Assembly (NCBI GenBank): GCA_031267135.1
Contig: JAIRZQ010000165.1
Span: forward strand, 1-59,239
Reading direction: 5' to 3'
Source: Prevotellaceae bacterium
Lineage (GTDB): Bacteria; Bacteroidota; Bacteroidia; Bacteroidales; UBA932
Length of the DNA: 59,239 nucleotides
Shown: in pieces, positions 33,223 to 42,300 of the stretch
Layout of the letters: each line of letters opens with the position of its first letter
Numbering within the stretch: the stretch's first letter is position 1
Made by a program: the position numbers and the translations under genes
The notes under the pieces: generated by a model
What the model saw: only the letters and a program-made list of their open reading frames with translations
Databases searched by the model: none
What the model was told of the DNA's origin: nothing

Positions 33223-35679
33223 TTATCGCAATGCGGCTCCTGCATGTGCAGCAAAGGCATTAAGAAGATTTTGCATTATTCGCTCGATTTGCGTATCGGC
33301 AAGAGTTTTATCTTCATCCTGCAATACAAAGCTCAAAGCGTACTGTTTTTTGCCATCGGGTAAGCTATCGCCTTCATAAACATCAAACAGAGTAACGTTT
33401 TTGAGAAATTTTTTTTCTGTTGTAAAAGCAATCTCGTAAAGCTGCCTGTAAGTTACGTTCTTATCAATTACAAGGGCAAAATCTCTGCGAACTTCGGGAT
33501 ATTTGGGCAGTTCCTTATATGTTACCGAATAATTTTTGAGATGTTTCATTAATTGCGCCCAATAAATTTCCGCAACAAAAACATCCTGTTTTACATCGCA
33601 TCTTTCTCTAATATTCCTGTCAACAATGCTGATGGCTGCAATGGTTTTACCGTTTTTAAGCATATAAGTCAATTCTTCACCCGAAAACGGACAGGTTTTT
33701 ATTGCCGTCTGTAATTCGTTAATATTTATGCCTAACCGTAAAAACAGGCGTTCAACCGTTTTCTTCAGTGTGAAAAATGTAGATTTCTCAAACTGAACGT
33801 TCCACGAAAGCTGTGTGTTTGCACCTGTTACAAAAATCGAGAGACGATAATCTTCGGTATAACTTTTTAACGTTCCATCAGCAATATCGTGACTGTACGA
33901 ATAAATATTTCCAAATTCGTAAAGTTTCAAATCGCTGTTTTTTCGGTTTGCGTTATGAGCAATAGCCTCAAGCCCGTTGAACAAAAGCGTTTGGCGCATT
34001 ACATTCAATTCGCTGCTCAGAGGATTTAATATTTTTACCAGAGTTTTTGTATCGAAATTTCTTAAATTTTCATAATACGAGCTTGATGTCAGCGAGTTCG
34101 ACATTATTTCGGTAAAACCATTGTTCGATAAAAAATCGGCAACAATATTTACTGTTTCCTCACTGTCTGGTTTTGGCTGATACGACAGTGAGGAACGCAA
34201 TTCCGAAGGCACATCGACATTGTTGTAACTGTAAATTCTGAGAATTTCTTCAATCACATCGCACTCGCGTGTAACATCTACCCTGTATGACGGAACTTGT
34301 ACTAAAAGCGTATCTTCATTTTCGCCGGTTATTTTTATTTCAAGAGATTCGAGTATTGTTTTTATTTTATCGTGGTCGATTTTTTTTCCTGTAAGTCTGT
34401 CAATATTTTTGTACGATAATTTTACAGTGCAAGGTTCGAATGTTTTAGCAGAAATATCCTTGATTTCAGACGAAATTTTGCCTTTTGCAATTTCCTTGAA
34501 TAGCAATGCCGCACGGCGAATTGCGTAAGGAATAATGTTCGGATCTGTTCCGCGCTCGTAAAGAAACGAGGCATCGGTATGCAGTCCGTGCCGCCGCGCT
34601 GTTTTTCTAATCCACACAGGATTGAAACAGGCACATTCGAGAAATATATTCCTTGTTTCGTTTGAGATTCCCGAATCCAGTCCGCCGAATACGCCGGCAA
34701 TACACATCGGACGCGTTGCGCTGCAAATCATCAGGTCGTTGCTGTCGAGCTTGCGTTCAATGCCGTCGAGAGTTATGAAGGATGTACCTTCGGCGCAGGT
34801 TCTTATTACAGCCTTTTTGCCGTCTATCCTGTCGGCATCAAAAGCGTGTAAAGGCTGTCCGAGTTCGTGGATGATGAAGTTCGTAATATCTACCGCATTG
34901 TTTTTGGGATTTATGCCAATTGCTTTCAGCCGTTTTTGCAGCCAGTCGGGCGAAGGCGCAATCTGAATATCGGAAATGGTAATTCCGGCATAGCGAGGAC
35001 ATGCATCGGCGTTTTCAACAAGTATTTCATAAGCGTTGTCGGTACTGTCGATTTTGAAACCGTCAATTTCGGGAAGTTTCAGTGTTACATTTCCGCCGTT
35101 TGATTTCATATAAGCCGCCAGGTCGCGGGCAACGCCATAATGCGAAGCGGCGTCAATACGGTTTGGAGTCAATCCTATTTCAAATACATAATCGTTTTCA
35201 AGCTCTAAAATTTTATTAATCGGCGTTCCTTCGCAGGCATTTGTATCAATTACCATAATGCCCGAATGGTCGCTGCCTGTGCCAAGTTCGTCTTCGGCGC
35301 AAATCATTCCGAACGATTCAACGCCGCGGATTTTCGACCGTTTGATTTTCACTTCATCGCCCGACAAAAAATAAAGCGTAGAGCCGATCGTAGCAACAGC
35401 AACCTTTTGTCCTGCGGCAACGTTAGGCGCTCCGCAAACAATTTGCAAAGGCTGTTCGTCGCCAATATTTACGGTTGTTATATGCAAATGGTCGGAATTG
35501 GGATGATTTTCGCATGTAAGCACGCGTCCGAGAACTATGCCCGCAAGTCCGCCTTTAATGGTTTCGCGTACTTCTACCGATTCTACTTCAAGACCGATAT
35601 TTGTAAGTATTTCGGCTATCTGCTCGTGCGTTTCGCTGAAATTCAGATAATCTTTCAGCCAGTTATAAGAAATTGTCAT
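33223..35679 (-). CDS. pheT: Phenylalanine--tRNA ligase beta subunit
   Basis: Begins MTISYNWLKDYL and contains tRNA-binding, B3/B4, B5 and FDX-ACB regions. The track ORF starts 12 codons earlier, at 35715. I prefer the Met at 35679 as the start. Confidence 0.93.
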   Translation of the reverse strand: MTISYNWLKDYLNFSETHEQIAEILTNIGLEVESVEVRETIKGGLAGIVLGRVLTCENHPNSDHLHITTVNIGDEQPLQIVCGAPNVAAGQKVAVATIGSTLYFLSGDEVKIKRSKIRGVESFGMICAEDELGTGSDHSGIMVIDTNACEGTPINKILELENDYVFEIGLTPNRIDAASHYGVARDLAAYMKSNGGNVTLKLPEIDGFKIDSTDNAYEILVENADACPRYAGITISDIQIAPSPDWLQKRLKAIGINPKNNAVDITNFIIHELGQPLHAFDADRIDGKKAVIRTCAEGTSFITLDGIERKLDSNDLMICSATRPMCIAGVFGGLDSGISNETRNIFLECACFNPVWIRKTARRHGLHTDASFLYERGTDPNIIPYAIRRAALLFKEIAKGKISSEIKDISAKTFEPCTVKLSYKNIDRLTGKKIDHDKIKTILESLEIKITGENEDTLLVQVPSYRVDVTRECDVIEEILRIYSYNNVDVPSELRSSLSYQPKPDSEETVNIVADFLSNNGFTEIMSNSLTSSSYYENLRNFDTKTLVKILNPLSSELNVMRQTLLFNGLEAIAHNANRKNSDLKLYEFGNIYSYSHDIADGTLKSYTEDYRLSIFVTGANTQLSWNVQFEKSTFFTLKKTVERLFLRLGININELQTAIKTCPFSGEELTYMLKNGKTIAAISIVDRNIRERCDVKQDVFVAEIYWAQLMKHLKNYSVTYKELPKYPEVRRDFALVIDKNVTYRQLYEIAFTTEKKFLKNVTLFDVYEGDSLPDGKKQYALSFVLQDEDKTLADTQIERIMQNLLNAFAAHAGAALR

Positions 35680-36062
35680 AATACAGTAATTTCGTTTTGT
35701 AAAAAATATCTGCAAAGATAGTGCAATTTTGTAAACGCGTAAAGTTTATTTTCATGCTTCAAGCAGTCGTTACTTAATAACTACTTTGTTAAAAAATAGA
35801 AAAACGCCTTGATATATAAAATACTGTTAACATGGTATTTATTTATATTATGATGCAAATGATATTTATAAATGTAAGAATTTTATTCAAAAAACCGATA
35901 AAAATAAACCAAAAATCCATTCATTTATAAAGAATGCATGTATTTATATAATAAATCCGGTTTCAATTTTAAACTTAAGCAGTTAAAATGAAATATCTTA
36001 TTAAAAATTTTGGTAATTATAAAATAAGATTATTAAATTTGCGGTATGTAAAATAAATAAAA

Positions 36063-36341
36063 ATGAACAAAAATGAAGTTCATATAGGTAATATCATACG
36101 GCAAAAGGTAAGCCAAAGTTCGCTTACTGTTACTGAATTTGCAAATCAAATAAATAAAACGCGCGAAAATGTATATGACATTTTTAAGCGTTCAAGTATT
36201 GACTCTGCATTACTGCTGCAAATATCAAAGGTATTGCATTATAACTTCTTTAAACATTTTAAAGAAAAGGAAGAATCTTCTGAATTATCCGAAATATCAG
36301 AATTCTCTGACTATTATGACTATTATGATATAGTTAAATAA
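36063..36341 (+). CDS. Small XRE-like helix-turn-helix protein with an acidic, Tyr-rich tail
   Basis: 92 aa. IGNIIRQKVSQSSLTVTEFANQINKTRENVYDIFKRSSIDSALLLQISKVL fits the XRE HTH pattern. The tail reads EESSELSEISEFSDYYDYYDIVK. It is the first gene of cassette 1. Confidence 0.6.
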   Translation: MNKNEVHIGNIIRQKVSQSSLTVTEFANQINKTRENVYDIFKRSSIDSALLLQISKVLHYNFFKHFKEKEESSELSEISEFSDYYDYYDIVK

Positions 36342-36357
36342 CAAGCACTTATCTTAA

Positions 36358-36439
36358 AGTGTGAAATAAAATTATACACAGTGTGAAATTTTATTTACGC
36401 AAAAAGCATTTTCTTTTAAAAAACATGTTTGTACTTTTG
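36358..36439 (+). promoter_or_regulatory. Direct-repeat operator candidate plus -7 box upstream of precursor 1
   Basis: AGTGTGAAAT occurs twice (36358-36367 and 36380-36389), 22 bp apart. TACTTTTG at 36432-36439 matches TAnnTTTG. The whole segment is conserved in cassette 2. Confidence 0.35.
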
Positions 36440-36504
36440 TGAAAAATTAAAAAAGGCAAAAATGTTACGCCTGAAAGATAACATAAATTAGAAATTTTAT
36501 AATT

Positions 36505-36693
36505 ATGAAAAAGGTAAAATTAACACTGGATGAATTAAGAAAAAACTCCAAAGAAATTTCCAAAGCATTAGATAAAAGATCTTTAGGTAAGATTAAAGGA
36601 GGAACGAGTAACTCGGGAAATTTAACAGGTGACTCATCACAGTTGATGGCTCAAGATAATGCCTATTACAGGAATATTCCGCCCATATCGTGA
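36505..36693 (+). CDS. Candidate RiPP precursor peptide 1 (Gly-Gly leader)
   Basis: The 62-aa peptide is MKKVKLTLDELRKNSKEISKALDKRSLGKIKGG followed by TSNSGNLTGDSSQLMAQDNAYYRNIPPIS. It has a Lys-rich leader ending in IKGG and a Ser/Thr-rich core with no Cys. It lies directly upstream of the rSAM and YcaO genes. Confidence 0.65.
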   Translation: MKKVKLTLDELRKNSKEISKALDKRSLGKIKGGTSNSGNLTGDSSQLMAQDNAYYRNIPPIS

Positions 36694-36721
36694 TGTTTAT
36701 TAACGTATCTATGTTTAAAGT

Positions 36722-36781
36722 TACCTGAAATATTTTATCCAATAATGTAATTTAAGTATATTATATTTCAGGTACTTTTTT
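36722..36781 (+). terminator. Hairpin plus T-tract between precursor 1 and rSAM-1 (attenuator-like)
   Basis: Perfect 12-bp stem tacctgaaatat/atatttcaggta (36722-36733 and 36763-36774), followed by c+tttttt (36776-36781). Confidence 0.5.
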
Positions 36782-36793
36782 CTGTAATCAAAT

Positions 36794-37975
36794 ATGTTTA
36801 TAATGCTTATAAAATGCGTAATACTAAAGGTAACAAGTATATGCAATCTTTCATGCAAATATTGTTATGTTTATAATAAAACAGATAAATCATACCTGAA
36901 TGAACCTGATATTATAGATTTTGTTACAGTAAAACAATTATTACAAAAGATAGAACAATACTGCAAAAAAAATAAATTAAACTCATTTCTCATTATATTC
37001 CACGGAGGAGAACCGCTTATAGCAGGAAAATCATTTTACGAAGAATTTATTAAATTGGCAGAGAAAATAGTTATATCTGCAAAATTATATTATTCTATTC
37101 AAACAAATGGAACTCTATTAACAGAAACGTTCTGTAAATTATTTAAAAAGCACAATATACATGTATGTATAAGCATTGATGGTAACGAGACAGCATCAAA
37201 TAATAGAATTTTTAAAACCACTGGACATGCAGCATATAATAACATCATAGCTGGTTACAACATTGCAACAAAGTATGTAACACCATCCGTTTTATCTGTT
37301 ATTAATACCAGCACAGATATTGATGAGTATTATACTTTTTTTAAAGATATATCTGTATCATATATGGATTGCCTTCCTCCTGATTCTACTTATGAAAAGT
37401 TTGATATGAATGCTAATCAACTTGGTTTGTGGCTAATAAAATTATTTGATGTATGGTATTTTGACAAAAGCAAACATAAACCAAGAATACGAATGTTTGA
37501 AGATACCATCAATTTGTTTTTTGGAAATGAAAATTATGCAGGAGGAGAATTATTTGGCAGAAATTTTAACGGAGCTATTGATATAAGAACTAATGGCAAT
37601 ATTGATATTGTTGACACATTACGAATTTGCGAAAATAATTTCTTAGTAGGTAAATATAATATTATGAATAATGAATTAGATGATATAATTAAGGAAGACA
37701 TTTTTTATAAATTCTATAATGCCCATCAGGATGATGTGTTATGTGAAAAATGCAGAAATTGTATTGTAAAAGATGTTTGTGGAGGTGGATTGTTGACATA
37801 TAGATTTTCTGCTAAAAATAGTTTTAATAATCCTTCTGTATATTGTTTCGATATCTTTTTATTGCTTATGTATATACAAAATACGTTAATTGAATATACC
37901 TCACCTAAATTATTGCAACAAGTAAATTTAACAAAGATTTCCATGCAAGATTACATTAGAACTATTTTATATTAA
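36794..37975 (+). CDS. Radical SAM enzyme with C-terminal SPASM-type auxiliary cluster domain (peptide maturase candidate)
   Basis: 393 aa. The CxxxCxxC motif is at residues 17-24 (CNLSCKYC). There is a GGEP motif (FHGGEPLI). The C-terminus reads CEKCRNCIVKDVCGGG...NPSVYC. Confidence 0.8.
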   Translation: MFIMLIKCVILKVTSICNLSCKYCYVYNKTDKSYLNEPDIIDFVTVKQLLQKIEQYCKKNKLNSFLIIFHGGEPLIAGKSFYEEFIKLAEKIVISAKLYYSIQTNGTLLTETFCKLFKKHNIHVCISIDGNETASNNRIFKTTGHAAYNNIIAGYNIATKYVTPSVLSVINTSTDIDEYYTFFKDISVSYMDCLPPDSTYEKFDMNANQLGLWLIKLFDVWYFDKSKHKPRIRMFEDTINLFFGNENYAGGELFGRNFNGAIDIRTNGNIDIVDTLRICENNFLVGKYNIMNNELDDIIKEDIFYKFYNAHQDDVLCEKCRNCIVKDVCGGGLLTYRFSAKNSFNNPSVYCFDIFLLLMYIQNTLIEYTSPKLLQQVNLTKISMQDYIRTILY

Positions 37976-37998
37976 CAAAATAAATACATTTTACAAAT

Positions 37999-39855
37999 AT
38001 GAAAAATTATAAGAAATATAAAAGCCATTTACCGGAACAGACAATACACAATATTCAGTCCATTCTTGCAGGCGTTGGCATATTATTAAAAGACCGGCAC
38101 AGGGAAACAAATAAAATGCATTCCTGTCGTATTATAATAGGTAATCATAATCTGGATAAATCAGATATAGGCACAAATGGCAAAGGAATATCATTTGAAT
38201 ATTCAATGGCAAGTGGTTATGCCGAATTTATGGAAAGAATTCAGAACAGGATATTATTCAGTGACCATCGACTTGTTTATGCCGCTGATAATTATATTAA
38301 GACTTTACCGCAAAATTCTTTGTATGTAAAAAAACTTAAACAAAACAATTCTTCTTTAGATTTTATGTACGACCCAAAAGAAGAAGTTTGGAGTATTGAT
38401 AAAATTATTGAACATTGGGGCAAAGAATTAATGAAGCTTTATGATATAAAGGATGAATCATATTTACATACTTTTTTCATTGATAAACTGCAAATAAACG
38501 AAAGTTTAATGATACCGTCCTATTCCGTATCGGATAATAAAGAAATATTAATTCCTGTTCGCCTGATTTTATATGCAACAGGCTCAAATGGTATGGCAGC
38601 AGGCAATACGGAAGAAGAAGCAATTTTACAGGGAATTTGCGAAATATTTGAACGTTACGCTGCATCGGAAATATATTACAGTAAACTTACACCTCCGACT
38701 ATTCCGTTAGAAATATTTAAAGGAACAAATGTGTATGAAAAAATTGACCACATAAAAAGAAAAACAGGCTATGAAATCGTTGTAAAAGACTGTTCTTTGG
38801 GAAAAGGAATACCTGTCATTGGAGTAATTTTTACAGATAAACAAAATTTGTTATATAATTTTAAACTCGGATCTGATTTCGTTCCTCATATCGCACTGGA
38901 AAGATGTATAACAGAAGCCTATCAAGGACACCATTTCAGAGGATTACCGTTGAAATTCTGCTTGGAAGATGATATACTGTCCGATGTTGCAATTGATATC
39001 AATTTCAATAAAATAATTAAAAACAGTACCGGATTTTGGCACAGATCTATTTTACATAGCGCATCGTCATACAGCTTTACGGGGTTTAATCCTGAATTTG
39101 GATTATCGAATAAGGGTGATATTCAATACAGTATTGAATTAATACAAAAAATGGGATATAATGTTTATATAAGAAATAATTCAATATTAGGATTTCCTGC
39201 GTATTATATTATCATTCCGGGCATGAGCCAAACAACTAAGTATAATCGCCGTTATGAATTGTTCCATACACATGATTTCGGTTCGCTTTCCAACATGAAA
39301 CAGCTTGGAAAAATAACTAAACAGGAAGCGCTGGCGCTTGCCAGTGCAATTGAGCATGTTAGAAATGTCGGCATTCATGAAAAAACATCAAATTATTTAT
39401 GTGATTATGTTTTATATAATGATGATGAAGATATACAAAATATTGATGACAATCTGCTGTTATTCAAACTTTTTTATTTTTCAAATCAGTATGATAAGGC
39501 AAAACAATATATGGATGAATTTTTATCAGACAAGAATGAGGCATATTCTTATTATTTTGCCGTGTCCGATTATGTTTATCTTAAACATATAAAAAACTAT
39601 TCATGCAGCGAAATTGAAAACATGCTAAGTTATACGCATGGAAGCGATATTGCAAAAGAAGTTGTATCAGACATGTCAGACCCTGATAAAATATTTCAGT
39701 ATCATGAACTTCCTGAATGTTTCGATTGTGAAGCATGTAAAGTATCGAATACCTGTCGTTTTTTCGATGTTGTCCATATACAAAAAACAGTAAATGACAT
39801 TGCAAAAAATAATTATATAAAGCAAATTGATACATGTAAATTATTTGATAAATAA
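37999..39855 (+). CDS. YcaO-domain protein with long helical C-terminal extension and terminal Cys cluster
   Basis: 618 aa. YcaO signatures are GTNGKGISFEYSMASGYAEFMERIQN and ATGSNGMAAGNTEEEAILQGICEIFERYA. A Tyr/Leu/Lys-rich extension of about 200 aa follows, ending in CFDCEACKVSNTC. Confidence 0.8.
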   Translation: MKNYKKYKSHLPEQTIHNIQSILAGVGILLKDRHRETNKMHSCRIIIGNHNLDKSDIGTNGKGISFEYSMASGYAEFMERIQNRILFSDHRLVYAADNYIKTLPQNSLYVKKLKQNNSSLDFMYDPKEEVWSIDKIIEHWGKELMKLYDIKDESYLHTFFIDKLQINESLMIPSYSVSDNKEILIPVRLILYATGSNGMAAGNTEEEAILQGICEIFERYAASEIYYSKLTPPTIPLEIFKGTNVYEKIDHIKRKTGYEIVVKDCSLGKGIPVIGVIFTDKQNLLYNFKLGSDFVPHIALERCITEAYQGHHFRGLPLKFCLEDDILSDVAIDINFNKIIKNSTGFWHRSILHSASSYSFTGFNPEFGLSNKGDIQYSIELIQKMGYNVYIRNNSILGFPAYYIIIPGMSQTTKYNRRYELFHTHDFGSLSNMKQLGKITKQEALALASAIEHVRNVGIHEKTSNYLCDYVLYNDDEDIQNIDDNLLLFKLFYFSNQYDKAKQYMDEFLSDKNEAYSYYFAVSDYVYLKHIKNYSCSEIENMLSYTHGSDIAKEVVSDMSDPDKIFQYHELPECFDCEACKVSNTCRFFDVVHIQKTVNDIAKNNYIKQIDTCKLFDK

Positions 39856-39892
39856 AAAACTAATCTGTTTCTGTAATTAAAATTAAAATATC

Positions 39893-42250
39893 ATGAAAAA
39901 AACATATCCGATTTTTATCTTTCTGTTGCTGATAAATTCGTTTGCCGGAAAGGCTCAAAACGCACTGGAACTTACGGGAAAAGTAGTTGATAATGAAAAT
40001 ATTCCCATAGAAAACGTGTCGGTTGTTATGCAAACCGCCGATTCGGTTTTTGTGAAAATAGCATTGACGGACACGCTGGGCGTTTTTCGCTTTGCGCAGT
40101 ATCCTTCCGATAAAGTGCAATTAATTTTTCATCACATTTCTTATAATCCCGAGTCGGCAGAAATAGAAACAGGCATTACCGATGCAGGAACATTCAGGCT
40201 GACTTCGAAATATCAAATCATAGACGAATCAAAAGTTACAGCCGACCGTCCGCAGTTAATGGTTGATGGGTTGACAATATCATACAATGCCGGCTCGCTG
40301 ACAAAAAACAAGCCCGTATCGACAGCATTTGATGTTGTTAAAGAAACGCCCGGAGTAACAGGTTCCGAAAACAGTATTGAACTGCTTGGAGCGAATCGGC
40401 TAAGTGTCATCATAAACGGCAAAACAACAACAATGCCTGTGTCGCAAATATATGCCATGCTGAAAAATATTCCTGCATCGCGTGTCAAAAGTGTTGACAT
40501 AATGTATAATGCGCCTGCAAGGTATAATTTTCGCGGCTCGCTGATAAATGTTGTCCTTGCAACGGATGGCGATAAAAAAATTATTGGAGAAATAAGCGCG
40601 GGGTACCGTCAATCTCATTATGCATCTGAAAATATTAACGGTAATATTTTGTTTACGGGCAAAAATTTAACATTGGATTTTTTAGTAAATGCATCAACAG
40701 GGAAAAATTGGAGTGAACGCAATACTTTTTCACGCCATACGCTTGGAAATGAAATTTTTGAAATCAATCAGTATTCACATGCATCGTCCGAATTCGATAA
40801 ATTGAATTTCCGCTTCGGAGCCGATTATTTATTTGAAAATGAAAACCAGCTGTCTTTTTCGTATTATGCTAGCCTGAACAAATCGAAGTCAAATACTTTT
40901 GCCGATAATCATTTTGAGGAAACAGCAGTGTACGACATAAACAGCGTAAATAAAAGCAATGAAAAAAACAGGCTGCACAACTTGCACTTACAATACGATA
41001 CAAAAGGCAATTTCACTGCAGGCGTTGATTTTACAGGCTATAACGCTCCAATCGACAATCATTTTAACAGCATCATGAACAATGTCGCTAATGATTTTCT
41101 TAATAACTCTAAACAAAATATTGCGCAATGGAAGATTTTTGCAGGTAAAAAGCAGAATATTTCACAAAAATGGACGCTGGAATTTGGCGCAAGCAGCGGA
41201 TTCAACAGTTCAAGAACTCATGTCGAATATTTGTATCCGCAAAACGGCAGTTATATAGAAGACATTACAAAGCGCTCGGATAATAGTCAAAAAGAATATA
41301 CAGGCAGAATCTTTATCGAATCAGCTCATAAAATAAGCAGCCGAATATCGGCAACCGTTGGCATCGAAACAGAGTATTTCCGTTCCGATTACAGTCGCAA
41401 TGCAACGAAAACAATACTTTGGAACGATTGGGTTTTATATCCGAAAGTGATGTTCAATTATATGATTTCGCCAAAACACATTTTGCAGTTCAACATTTCC
41501 ACAAATAAAAATTATCCATCATACTGGGCGGTAAATCCACAAACAACTTATATTGATTCGTACATGGAAATTGTCGGAAATCCTGCGCTTAAGCCATATA
41601 ACGAATATACAGGGCAATTGATTTACATATTCAAACAAAAATATGTTTTTATTCTTGCGGCTTCATATATGCCCGATTATTTTGCACAAATTCCACATCA
41701 GGATGAAAATTTATTGAAAACGGTTTATCGTTACGAAAATTACGATTTTTCGCTGTTTACAAACATAAGCATAGTCGTTCCCGTACAAATAGGCGACCGG
41801 TTTAATACGCGCATATCCGTTCACGGGCTTAGAATGCAGGACAAAAAAGATGATTTTTATAATTCGCCGTTCAATAGAAACCACTATGTAGGGGCAATAG
41901 CAATGAATAATACTTTCACTGTTTCGAAAGAAAAACCGAATTTATCGTTGCAAATAAACGGACGCTGGCAATCGCGCGCAATTCAAGGCGTATATGATCT
42001 TAACAGCAGCTTCGACCTGTCATCGGCGTTGAAATGGACAATGAAAAATCAGTCATATATTACAGTTCAGTATGGAAACATTTTGCGTCGACAAATGCCT
42101 GATTTAATGATTGTTGATTTTGGCGGGCAATACAGCCGAAGAAAAAACATCGATACAGCTTATATATCGTTTCAAATGGCTTGGAAAATAGGAAACTACA
42201 AAACAAAATCATATTCACAGCCAAACCGATCGAGATTTGAGCGAAATTAA
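39893..42250 (+). CDS. TonB-dependent-receptor-like outer-membrane beta-barrel protein (carboxypeptidase-regulatory-like N-domain plus plug-like region plus barrel)
   Basis: 785 aa with signal MKKTYPIFIFLLLINSFAGKAQN. LTGKVVDNENIPIENVSVVM is the CarbopepD_reg-like region. VKETPGVTG...IINGK...IPASRVKSVDIMYNAPARY is plug-like. The rest is Tyr/Asn/Ser-rich beta-barrel sequence. Confidence 0.7.
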   Translation: MKKTYPIFIFLLLINSFAGKAQNALELTGKVVDNENIPIENVSVVMQTADSVFVKIALTDTLGVFRFAQYPSDKVQLIFHHISYNPESAEIETGITDAGTFRLTSKYQIIDESKVTADRPQLMVDGLTISYNAGSLTKNKPVSTAFDVVKETPGVTGSENSIELLGANRLSVIINGKTTTMPVSQIYAMLKNIPASRVKSVDIMYNAPARYNFRGSLINVVLATDGDKKIIGEISAGYRQSHYASENINGNILFTGKNLTLDFLVNASTGKNWSERNTFSRHTLGNEIFEINQYSHASSEFDKLNFRFGADYLFENENQLSFSYYASLNKSKSNTFADNHFEETAVYDINSVNKSNEKNRLHNLHLQYDTKGNFTAGVDFTGYNAPIDNHFNSIMNNVANDFLNNSKQNIAQWKIFAGKKQNISQKWTLEFGASSGFNSSRTHVEYLYPQNGSYIEDITKRSDNSQKEYTGRIFIESAHKISSRISATVGIETEYFRSDYSRNATKTILWNDWVLYPKVMFNYMISPKHILQFNISTNKNYPSYWAVNPQTTYIDSYMEIVGNPALKPYNEYTGQLIYIFKQKYVFILAASYMPDYFAQIPHQDENLLKTVYRYENYDFSLFTNISIVVPVQIGDRFNTRISVHGLRMQDKKDDFYNSPFNRNHYVGAIAMNNTFTVSKEKPNLSLQINGRWQSRAIQGVYDLNSSFDLSSALKWTMKNQSYITVQYGNILRRQMPDLMIVDFGGQYSRRKNIDTAYISFQMAWKIGNYKTKSYSQPNRSRFERN

Positions 42251-42300
42251 ATCTGAATAAAATTTTAGTTATTAAATTTGGAGCATGAAAATCAATTAAA

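Noticed and set aside
35830-35930. Small hydrophobic ORF (MVFIYIMMQMIFINVRILFKKPIKINQKSIHL) upstream of the island, considered as an extra peptide or immunity gene.
   Set aside because: It sits in an extremely AT-rich intergenic stretch where such ORFs arise by chance. It has no GG leader, no duplicate in cassette 2 and no convincing promoter context.
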